Origin: Trichoplax adhaerens
Lineage: Eukaryota; Animalia; Placozoa
Direction of reading: 5' to 3'
Assembly: GCF_000150275.1 (NCBI RefSeq)
Contig: NW_002060951.1
Location: forward strand, 2,528,491 to 2,592,490
DNA length: 64,000 nt
Both the position numbers and the translations under genes were made by a program. The notes beneath the pieces are model-generated. The model searched no databases. It saw nothing but the letters and a program-made list of their open reading frames with translations, and had not been told where the DNA came from. The stretch's first letter is position 1, and each line of letters opens with the position of its first letter. Positions 41,233 through 53,145 of the stretch are shown in pieces.

Positions 41233-44200
41233 TTAATTGCTACTTTCGGTGTTAGTGTCTGCATCTTTAGTATGATATAACACACCATAACTTCCAACTA
41301 CTGTCTCCCAACTTTCATAACCAGCGTGCTCTAAATCAGCGCGAAGATTTGCCAAAACGGTGGCAGAAGTATCTATAAATTTAAAATCAAACCACACTCG
41401 TTCAGTACATCAAAACCATTGCATTATCTTTAAAATCGATTCCGTTACACTTTATAGAATAGCATGTCAGTATAACTATCACATACGCGTACTATGAGAA
41501 AATGTCCCTACCATTTCGAAGTAGCGTTAAAACACAGCCTCCACCACCAGCTCCAGTTAGTTTAGAATGAAAACCATATTTTGCCGTTATACGGCAGACA
41601 TTTTCAATCGCTGTGTGATTTACTCCAATAACGTTTAACAATTGCTGATTTATATCGATAAGCATCTAGATAGAAATGGAAACAAAATAAAAAAAATTAT
41701 GAGACGGAGTCCGTAATTGCATACTTTTTATCCAAGCTTATTTATGTTCTTCTTACCTCAAGGTGACCGTACGATTTTTCTAAAGGACAATCTTGACTAC
41801 CTGCACATAAATACGATCACAATGTGATATACTGCAATTGGGTACGACTTAAGAACGTTAATTTCTACTACATCAAAGCGTACCGTCTTGTGCTAAAAGA
41901 TTTAAACAGGTTTGACTTTCATTGGATATCGCTCCAATAGCATCCATGATCGGTTCAAAAACTGATGGCAACTACACCGAGATCAAAAGTTGCAAATTAA
42001 GGTATTTTAGTTCTTGTAATCATATCAATTAAGAATAGATGATAAAAAATCTTGATAGAAACACTAACTTTAATATAAACATAACTGCTTATAAGATTAT
42101 ATTAAATATGTTTTAAGTCCTTACTGAGTTAAATTTTTCCCTGACATTAGCTACCAATTTTTTTGTGCTTCGAGGAACCTTAGTATGTACTAGTAAAATT
42201 CGCAATTGTGGAATTCTATAAAAGGTGCATAAAATCGACATCAATTCAGATGAAAAGATCATAATTCTGTAAATAGCAAAAGTGACAAAGAATCGATCAT
42301 TCCTTACTGATCTAATGTCTTGATTGATCCGCTGATGAAACTTATAGCACCACCTAAATTAAGATTAACTGGTGTAAGTTACTGTGTATCCGATATATAG
42401 CCGATATAAGGGATACAGATTGTGTAGCCCTACCGAAAGTGCTGACAGAATTATCGATGCCAGATGGTGTACCATGTATTAACCGCTCAGCTTCGAAAGC
42501 CCATTTATTTATTAGAGTCATACTATCAATATCCCAGTGATAATTGCGGGAACTATCGAAATTTGTAAACATGCGACTATTATTCTCTTCAATGGGTTCA
42601 ATTAAACTAGAGGCCGTCAATAAACCAGCAGATAAGCAAACTGAGTATGCAGCTGAAGATCCCAATCCAGCTCCACTAGGTAGCGTAGATGTTAGGTGTA
42701 GATGGATGCCAGGTATATGTCTGCCAAACAGAGTACTAATTTACTTTCATTTGTCAATTTAGCAAGTTTGAATAATTCCATCAGGAAATTTAGTGTTACG
42801 AATTTGACTTTACAAAATAAATTCTTTGTAGTTAATTCCTGATTATTAGCTAAAATTTATTGCACACTGATATACCTCGATTTATACGCACTTCGCAGAA
42901 ATAAAATTATCAAAAATGTTAATATATATACTGCACTCTGTCTACTAATTACCCATCTGACGTTCTAATAATAGCCGCATATAAGAATAAAAATGTAAGA
43001 ATTGCAAGAGACTTGTTGTCTGTGGTATCTGCTTGAGTTCCAGCTAAGCTAACAAGGGCTGCCAATTGCTTAAAAGTTGGTGGTGATGGATTTAATGGAT
43101 TTCCTGCAAAATTTACAAATCATGCATTAATAATAGGATAATATTACAAATTAAAAATTTTTAAATTATCATAGTGAATGAAAAACTGTTTGATCATTAG
43201 TATGAGGTAAAACAAAAGAATAATCTGATAACAACGTCTTAAATAAAAATTTCACTTCAAGGTAATTTTTACATTTATAAACGGTACATGCGGCACGCAA
43301 TCCACAATTCATTGAGTTATTCATCAAATTTATATATAAAAAGAGTTCTGAAGGATAGTTACAAGAGAGCGTAATGAACTAATAGATAGCGCGAATAGTT
43401 GCTATTACACGAGTAAAAAATTCACCTAGTGGCAAATGTAGGGCCGCAGCGATAGTGTCACAGCTCCATTTACGCTTGATACTGATATCGGGTAGTTCTA
43501 TGATAATCGAGTTTTCGTCAGTGGCGGGGGTAAAATGTGCAATTGTACGGAGACCCAAGCTAGCGGCAATGGCATTCTGAAAAAATAGAGAATAGCAATC
43601 ATTGTATTAACACAATATGTTCACTATTCAAGTTAATAATAATCAAAATATTTGATGCTATATTATAGGAACTGATTAGGTATTACGAGATAAAAAGTTA
43701 ACTATCAATCAATCAATCAATTCTGTGATTATTCGAGCTGAGTTGATACTACGATTCCTTTTAGCCTATCAACACAGACAAGTCTAATGTGAAGATATTA
43801 ATATTATTATGAATATAAATTATAGGTAAAAATATTTCGGTAAAGCTTCAAAGACACTATTTATGCATGTAGCATCGAACAGATGCAATATGACATCTTG
43901 TGATACTGAAATACTGTCCACTGTATACACGTAGCTGCTGATCATACTGCTAAACTTTATATTAATACACTTAAAACAAAACTGGAGCTTCGTCGTACAT
44001 ATCCTACTGTAGAATCTGATAAATAGTAACAAATCGGCAATTATAATTATTTAGTCATACAGAGTTTATCTTGAAATGGTCATAGTTATCACATCATCAA
44101 TCTTTAGAAACATTCCTTATATATCAGATTATGACTAATGAAGAATATATCATAAATCAATCCAGAATTTAAGAGTGAATATCGACTTCGCACTTGCGAT

Positions 44201-44283
44201 ACACTAACTTTGCCATATACGACGGCATGTTCTCCATTTAAGATAACTTTACCAGGAGCAGAAACTATACAGGATCTCAGCAT
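41233..44283 (-). CDS. MVK: Mevalonate kinase
   Basis: GHMP kinase motifs SAPGKVILNGEHAVVYG, LPSGAGLGSSAAY, IHGTPSGIDNSVST and KLTGAGGGGC. Multi-exon; the introns inspected are GT-AG. Confidence 0.96.
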
Positions 44284-44544
44284 TTTAAAGCAAATCAAGA
44301 ATTGTGAAAATTTCTAAAACCTATAGGTGTAAAACTGTTAATGACCGAGCAAGCTTCTTAAGGGTTTCAAGACATCTGAATTTAAATCAATGTGCTGTAC
44401 TGTATATGTAAAGATTAAAGCTATACTAAGAAGATCGACAATACAGTAAACTCCTCGCACACGAAATTAGACCTTTGTTTTCTTCCTGATGTGCATATGA
44501 TACAAATCATAGTACAAACTTACCGTGCATTTATTAGAAGCACA

Positions 44545-45230
44545 ATTCAGTACAGTACTGTACAGTACTGTTCAGTAAAATCTAGGGTATACTGTACAGT
44601 ACTGTACAGTGTACAGTACACTACAGTACTCTACCGTAGAATTGATATTGATATTACGATGAATAGACCTAGTCACAGGGCATGCGTGAGAGACTGCGTA
44701 GTTGAAATGTAAGCTCATACGCAGAATCAATGGTAATCGGTTTGCAGCTGGATGCGAATAGTGAACAGTAAATTGTACAGTGTACCGCTGCAGACATGAG
44801 ACACAGTTGAAATGACTAGTAAAATAATCAGCCTCCATATATTATCGGACTAAATATTAGTATAGCGAACGACCGTTTCCTTTCCGTCTCTTCCTCTTTA
44901 CACTGTACTGTACAGTGTACCGTACAGTACTGTACAGTACTATGGCCCGTAATACAGTACTGTACAGTATTACGATCGTGTCCACACTTCTGTCTACTGT
45001 ACACAGTACAGTACAGTGTACTGTACAGTACTGTAGCTTACAACGCCACCATGGTAACCTTCGTGAATCGTCAAGTGACCCCCGTATAAAAGAGAGACGA
45101 TACTGTACACAGTGTGTACAATTACTGTCGTCACAGACTCAAATCCCGTTAGCTAACGTAGTAAAGCAGTCGTTTCACAAGAGCCTAACTGACCGTTATT
45201 GAATAAACTGTACTTTACTGTACTGTATGG
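44545..45230. repeat. (CAGTA/CTGTA)n arrays in the MVK/TCHP bidirectional promoter
   Basis: Dense arrays at about 44545-44630 and 44899-45035. Confidence 0.9.
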
Positions 45231-45423
45231 ATTGATTTCGGTACAGTAACCGTAATTGACTTTCAGTCGTTGTTTTAATCCGTACGTCACAGTACGTGTA
45301 AATGCGTACAAGCATTTAACAAGTTAATTAATTAAATTAAATTAAACTTAGGATTGAGTAATTCACTCCTACTAGAAATCGTTGATTATAATTATAACTA
45401 TCTGAAGTACTAATATTGGTGAT

Positions 45424-48400
45424 ATGGCATTACCGACACTACGCCCATACTATCTTTCTGCTCGCAGTTCATCGAGCAGCAGATCGATCACTGAGAAGTT
45501 AATGGTACAAAAAAGAAATCATAGCGAACAATTTCGAGACCAATGGTCAGAAAACTCGCGATATTTTCAAAAATCTGATCTTGATAGTAGCAAACAAAGT
45601 CAATGGTTTTCACACTACAACGAATCTGCTAATTCTCCAACTCCTCGAAATATGTAATTATATTAAATTAAGAATTAAATCACTTGAAATGCTTAAAAAT
45701 ATAGTAACATTAAATACATTTGAGTACAGATTTACTAACTCATCCAATATATTTTTGTTAGTAATATTATATCATTTGTGCAATATACTTGTAGTAATAC
45801 GATATAAGTCTAATGTCGTCAAAATTGAATTTGAAATTATGTGTCAGCCATCATTTTAGAGTAAAAAGTTTGATTGCATGTACTGCTTTACATAAATTTT
45901 TGACAATCTCGCATAGTTCGTATCATTTTACCAAATCTAAATGGTAAGTAACAAATGAATAGATCAGTTAGTAAACAAATAGTACTCCCAAAAGCTATTG
46001 CATTGATTATTACTTATGTATAAAAACTACATTATATAGCTGCTATTCACAAATCATTTAACTAGGCTTTCAACTATGAGTTTACACGTTAAAATAAGTG
46101 AATCATTCGCTGCAATACAAATATTGCTAAAATGTGTTGGTACCTGGGTATTTGTGTATGTACTTCGACAACTTTATTTTAATGTTTCGTACTATCCGAG
46201 TTTAGGGTTCTATACAGTATTAGCATGCCTGTTCTAAATGTGTTAAATTAAAATATTTCTACCAATTACCGTATTGCTGTTTTACTGATTGTAATATTCG
46301 TAATTATTATAATGTGTTTACGTTATAAGCAATTGTATATACGCGTATGTTATAAAGATAATATTCTACATCTTAGAAGTGATAGATCTGAAAGTAACCC
46401 TCAGTTAGAACAACGAAAAATGAAACTTGCTCGATTGTTAAGGAAAGATCAAGAACAATACGAGGTAACTTATCCGTCATAATTTTAATTATACATTGAC
46501 TTCTTGTATTAGCATAATGAAGAAAGCGAGATCATTTATTCTATTTGTGAAAAAGTTAATCGCATTTCTTATTTGGAGTTATTAATAACAGTGTCATCAC
46601 TATACTGTATGCGATATTATTGGTTTTCTACAATTCTTATTGATAGAATGCAAACTGCAGAAGATGATTATATATATAGCTTATTCGGTTAACTCTTATC
46701 ACTTAGTTGTTGGATCATCACCACCGATATTACACTTTATATACAGCGTACATTGGCATATCCTAATAATTCTATATATGTAATAGAAAAATTTTTATAC
46801 TTTTTATTTTGTACCGTTCAGCTAATGGTGTGCTACATGTACAAACATCAAGATATTTTATAGCTTCTTACATGTTATGTACTTATGTATCTCCATGTAC
46901 TGTATAATATAATATATTCATAGATAACTAAATTAAAGAAATATTAACATTAAGTAATTCATCCATTATATTTAGAAAGAATTGAAGGCTTTACGAGAAA
47001 ATGGTGCCAAAGATCGAATATTGCGTATGAAGCAAAAGTGCGTAATTTCAAATTTCTCTTAAACCATAGCATCACGGTCAAAAGATAAAAACAAAATATA
47101 CAGAAATGACGGAACATAATGTATAATTCTAACTCTTGAATAGGAGCGAAAATCTTAAATCAGCAAGAGAAAGTGCTCGCAAGCAGGTGTGAGCTTATAG
47201 TAAAATTAATTTATTATACAAGATAACATTATGGCTTTGATGCCAATACTAGCTAAAGGTCATCAGCTTATTCTTAAGCACAATAAAATTTAATATAGTT
47301 AGCTGATGAGAAATTGTTTGAGCACTGGAGGCAGAATTGCCCTGAACTTAGAGTTGCGGCACAAGAACAACATAAGAAGCACGTTATTAAAGGTTGGAGT
47401 CAGCAAGTTGAAGATAAGAAAGCGGTAATTGCAGCAAATTGCATGCATTAATTAATTAATGACTTTTTATAACTTCCATTGCTCTTAAAATAACTACTTC
47501 ATATTTTTCAATATTGCTTTTGACTTAAAAAGATAAAAGAAAAAATGAAATCCCAAAACAGACAGTATGTTACCATATTTTGAAATAATTTTGTCATCTA
47601 ATTTACAGGAACCAGAAAAACATCGATATCGTGTTATATCCAATAATTACATTCTGTGTTTCCGTTAGGTTTGAAGAGGAATATGAGCGTGATCGCCAGC
47701 GTGGATTACAGGAGGAAAATGAAATTGCCAATAAAAGAAGACTGTAGGTTCCATTATATCGAAGATTGTTATGTTAAACTAAAATAATATATTTCTTAAT
47801 TGTATAAAAAAAATTAGAGAAGAAGTTAGAGCTGCGGAAGCACTTGATATGCAAATTAGAGAATTAAGAACCAAAGAAGAAGAGGTATATAGTTGTTACC
47901 CTCGTACAATACAGGAAATGTGCTGTTTTCTGTTACGATTTCGTTTTTTAGAGCAAAAGAATAAAGCAAGAACAAGATCAACTTATGCAGGAACAATGGA
48001 ACCTGCAAAAAATGGTTAGCTCCTACGGTTGCTTTATAATTTGCTTTTACGTTTTACTTAACCTAGTATTTATGGCTTCAATAACGTAGGAGGAAGAGCG
48101 AAAGGAAATTCAGAAAAGACGAAAAAAGACTGAACATGGGTATAAATAGATTAAAAACATTCGGCATTATAGCCAATCGAAATTTTCTGAAAGAATTCTA
48201 AATTATAACATAGGTTTTAAAAATCATTATTTTTTAAAGTCGCTTTCTAGCTAGACAATATCGTGCGCAAATGAAGCGACGGTGTCAGCAAATACAAGAA
48301 GACCTGGTTGGTATCAAATGCTATCTGTAATATGCGAAAGATAGCACTTTTTAAACAACTATATTTTAATTAGAAGTCATTTCTGTCCCATATATGAATA

Positions 48401-50533
48401 ATGACTTAATCTACAAACATGAGTATCAGTGGCCTTATCATATTAATTATTTTTTATTGCATTCCTATAGGAAAAAGATATTCAGTTCCTAAATGCTCTG
48501 ATTGCTAAAGTTAGAAATAGTATTTGAGATTTAAATTTCGTTTGGAGTCCTTTATATATGCCTTATCAGTTTATTTTATAACTACTAGGAAGAAGAACAG
48601 CAAATACTACAAACCGAAAGAAGGGAAAAAGCACAAGCTGATGCCGCATGGATGAAACAGGTCACAATCTTTTCTAAGAATATTTTTGATTAGAATCTTG
48701 TATTGTCCAATGTTTTAATAACTGATCGTGTGCTGTGCTTATATTCACGTAAAATACAGTATGTAAATTATGTAACAACATCATATTTAGTACTAGCTTA
48801 AATCATAATTCAGTATAATATCAAGTATAATGCTATTGATAATTGTTTTTGTTTAGGTGATGGAAGAACAAATGCGCCTTGAGAAAGCCAGAGAAGCAGA
48901 GATGGAAATGTTGTACAGGTGACTGTGACTTGATCATAAAATAGTGAAGGATAGGCTCAAATACATAATTATCACTGTTTAAGAATTAAATGATGACATG
49001 TTCTTAGAGAAGAAGCTGGGCGGATGTGGCAGAAAAGGGAAGAAGAATGGGAAAAGGAGCGACTAGCACGAGAGAGGCTAATGGCGGAGGTGAGTACTGT
49101 ACAAATGCATAAGCGTACATTTTACTTTCTGTGTTTCTTTTAGACGAGCGCTATCGAATTAACAGACTAGCGTTTTATAATTTGAACTTTTTGGCATTAG
49201 GTCCTTTCTGAAAGACAGAAACAAGTGCGCGAGAAGATGGAAATAATCAAACAACAACAGGTATCATTTACTTCGAATTATTGAAAATGCTTTTCATAGA
49301 TTTAAAGATATGTTGAATCTTTTCTTTATTGTATTTATTATTTCTGCAAGAAATCACATGCTAATCAACAGTATTCATATCTTATCTATGTTTATGGAAG
49401 ATGTATGTTATCTCAATTTGTGTACATACTACTCTACCATTTTATAATTTAATTTAATTTGAAATCACATTAGCAAAATGCTTTTGAAGAGCGAGAGAAG
49501 CTATTGCAGCAATTAGAATTTCATAATGCCCTGACTGCTCGAGAGCAGGAGCAGCAAGACAAGCTAAAGGCAACGAGAATGTATGAGATTCAAAACCAGG
49601 TAATTATTGCTAATTCACGCCTATTAATGCTAACGCAGATGCTAAATTTTATTTTATTTTTAGTTCTTAAGAATAGTGAAAACTTCTTTGATATATTCTA
49701 CTGCTTTAATTAATTAATGTAACATTTTACGATGTTTACAGATTACATCTAGAAAAGAAAAACTAAAAGTCGACAAGCAAAGCAAACTAAATGAATTAAA
49801 TGATGATATGTAAGCACAATTTCCGTTAAATCAAATTGTATACCAGCATCTATACAATATTTACTCTGATTGACAGGGGTAGACATTTTATCTGAGCCAC
49901 AAAATCCTTTACTATATACACATCAAATATTTTTACATCTAGATCAATAGCTTATTGTGTAGGATATCTTGTGATCTTGTTTACTTCCTAATCTAAAAAT
50001 ATAAAATGTACTGTTTAGTATAAGACTACTTTCACGAAAGATATATTATTAATTTACTATCGTATAAGAGTGACATAATGAACTTTTATAATCTTATTCA
50101 ACAAAGTCTGTGAGCTGTATTGTAGTACATATAAATTTACTGTATCTCGGATTGTAAGAGCTAAATACGTAGTTATTACTTAAGCTTGAGGTAAGTATTA
50201 CGTCTTAAGCTATTATTTGGATTTGCTATTGCAGTATGGCTGAACAAGAATATAAGGAAGTTTTAAGAGATGAGGTGGAACGAATGGCAATAGCAGACGA
50301 ATCAGGGGTAACGAAATGCGTTTAATGCGTTGTGTAGATGATAATATTTCTTAAATCAAGCTTGTAAAATATCTGAGTTTGAGTTCACATTACTGTAAAT
50401 GCTATGTTTTCCCGTTTATATCCCAAGCTGCTGTAAATTTAAATACTATACGCTTGATGATATAAATAATATATCTCTATATTTTTATTAGTTACAGCAG
50501 ACATTTCGCCGTCGAAAAACGGCTTGGGAATAA
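45424..50533 (+). CDS. TCHP: Trichoplein keratin filament-binding protein (coiled coil)
   Basis: N-terminus MALPTL..Y...FRDQWSENSRYF.KSD..SSKQ..W; many short coiled-coil exons (EHWRQNCPELR; EKAREAEMEMLYREEA..MWQKREEEWEKERLARERLM); C-terminus RRKTAWE*. Confidence 0.9.
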
Positions 50534-51846
50534 GACAGTAATGGATGATGTTACTGTTCTAAGCTTTCACTGTACATACATTCAATTTACGACGGACACC
50601 AGCCTCTATCACTTTTGATATCATGGTTACATAAACTGAGCCCTTGTATCTCATTTATCTAATGAATAATCTATAACGAAAATATTTAAAGGCTTTAAAT
50701 TACTGTGTTTTAGATAGTTTTATTAGTCAGAAGACGTTTCGAGTCATGCATAGAATGTGTTTTACGTGTAATGTCTTGAATTTAAGACTGCGATACTTTA
50801 CGAATTAACCATTAATATAATAAAAGATACCAGTAATGATTGATATTGCAATTGTAATCAAGACTCATTAACCTGCTTTGAGGGCTGATAGCGCTACATG
50901 TAATACATGAACGTATACCTTGTACTGTAATATACCGAATATGACATAATAACACTTTCATGCAGCAAGCCAACGAAATCTGCTTATGTATTTTATTTTC
51001 TTAAGTGTTAATGTAACTGATATAATGTACTCGTATCACAATGCTTATCTTCGTTCTTTTGTTTCGTTTAAATAAAATTTTGCTTTTGTTTTATTATTTG
51101 TCTTGGACTTTTAGTCACTAGTTGTAATTTCAAGATAAATAGTAAAACTATCTAAATACCAATCAAATACAGTCCGTGTAGTAATTGACATTCGAATTTA
51201 CACTAGGCACAATGACATTTTGATCTTTCAAATTTTGCTGGTCAGAAAAAATTTAGAAGCAAGGATTGTTATAGTTTATCCTGTGCGTTAAATTTTCCTT
51301 ATGTTATAAGCAATTCATGGAGATAATTGGTGATAGTATACAGTATATGTAATCTGCGCATTAGATTTATTTTAAACTTTGGACTCCATCTAATTAGAAT
51401 CAAATATGGTCAGCTGTTACTGAAGCAAAAAAGTATTGATGATCACGGATCTTAAAAAATGATTTCGTCTCGCTCTTCAGAAGATGATACAGTCATTTTT
51501 CAAGTTGCCAACTGCCTATAAAAGTTCATAAAAGAAAATCAGTCTTGGCCACTGTTAGCGGTAACGATAGCGTCTGTTTTTTTTGTATGCTCTCAGTCAA
51601 CTGAAGCAAGATCGGCAGCTAAGCTTACACGTGAATATCTACCTTTATTCTGTTTTCTCACCACGTTATATAATATAATATAATACAGTACCTATACTGA
51701 TCTGGCACGGAACAGAACTAGTTGCCGTCAAGCTCTGATAAGGTTGCAATATAAGCGATACGAATACTGTACAGTACAAGAAATCATATAATTAGAAACA
51801 GAGACGCTAGTAAATCCGTAACAGCCACTTGTGGACATAATGAACA

Positions 51847-51866
51847 AAAAATTGAGAAAAAAGAAA
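51847..51866 (-). terminator. Pol III oligo-T terminator of tRNA-Phe
   Basis: TTTCTTTTTT immediately follows the discriminator base on the minus strand. Confidence 0.8.
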
Positions 51867-51968
51867 TGCCGAAACCCGGGACTGTTCAGGATTCATGCGA
51901 ATCCTCCGGATTGAACCAGGGACCTTTAGATCTTCAGTCTAACGCTCTCCCAACTGAGCTATTTCGGC
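51867..51968 (-). tRNA. trnF: tRNA-Phe(GAA) with a 29-nt insertion (candidate non-canonical intron) in the TΨC loop
   Basis: Reverse complement GCCGAAATAGCTCAGTTGGGAGAGCGTTAGACTGAAGATCTAAAGGTCCCTGGTTCAA[TCCGGAGGATTCGCATGAATCCTGAACAG]TCCCGGGTTTCGGCA. Removing the insert gives a canonical 73-nt metazoan tRNA-Phe. Confidence 0.95.
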
Positions 51969-52056
51969 TTACACATATAGAGCGATCCCTTTTGTTATAA
52001 GACATGATCTGATTATCAGATAGTGTGACAAGCGCGTGCGTGAAAAAATCAGGTCC

Positions 52057-52130
52057 GTACAGTACAGTACAGTACTGTTTACAAGTTGCGCTCCAAAGTA
52101 CTGTATTTTGTACAGTACAGTACTACAGTA
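52057..52130. repeat. (CAGTA/CTGTA)n array between tRNA-Phe and the CCDC117-like gene (divergent)
   Basis: gtacagtacagtacagtactg...tacagtacagtactacagta. Confidence 0.85.
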
Positions 52131-52539
52131 TAGCCACCAAGTTGATTGCGCACAGTACGATGCACGTTTCCAGTCTTCCGATACAGTCAATGACCACTAA
52201 AATAGTCAGCCTTTGCATTTTTGGCAGTTCTGTTTCTGGTCTTCATAGATACAAATCGTGCTGTTTCCTTGATCAATGATCAGTAACACTTATTCGCTGT
52301 TAGTAAATGTTGTGGTAAATTCAATTCTATTCTAAAATAATTAATCTGACTGTGAGTATAATACGTATCATTCTACATACGTAGTTATATTACCAACGAA
52401 AAATCATTAGTTTTCCCAGTGAACTACGGCATACATACACCTGATAAACTTGATCCGGCCAGCTCTTCTTACTATCTCTGTAGTCAGATTTCGAGGTCAC
52501 GGATAGTGAGTATAGTCTAATAAATGTGTATTATTAACG

Positions 52540-52829
52540 TACTGTACAAGTGTACATTATTGTACAATATATTGTGCCATTCAGTACGAAACAGTAAATA
52601 AATTAAAGAAATCGACAGAATCACGCGTGAATATTTGACGGTGAAAGCTCGCCCTTATTTAGTTATGGACTAAACGGTTATTGGAACACTGTACTTGCGT
52701 TATCCCAAACATTATTTTTGGACTGTTATTTAGTCTATTAGCCAGTATTCTACTGTCAGCCGTGTTTAAAATAGCCTATGATTACATTTTTTGCGTAATG
52801 CACAATTATATATGTACACTTGTACAGTA
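52540..52829. mobile_element. Putative ~290-bp MITE with terminal inverted repeats flanked by TA
   Basis: TA|CTGTACAAGTGTACAT ... ATGTACACTTGTACAG|TA is a perfect 16-bp inverted repeat plus TA. It extends degenerately (attgtgc/gcacaat). Confidence 0.5.
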
Positions 52830-53145
52830 GGAGGTTCTGTAACATCTGTGAGCAATGAGAGAGAAACTGCTAAATGAAATATATCTTTAACGTTTCAGGT
52901 GCAAATGAGTGAGTGAACTAATATTCGAGAAATCTATTGGGAATGTATGATCAATCGTAAACAAAAATTTTATCCAGTAGTGATTCGTATATCACATAAC
53001 GCGTAATCCCTGATCTGTATTTAGATGCCTAATTGCAGCATTACTGTACACATTACTGCACACTTTGAATTGCAGCATATTATAGCTTTGATTTGTTGAC
53101 CTCGGAATATCGACTGGCAATAAAATTTCATTCTAAATATTTTAG

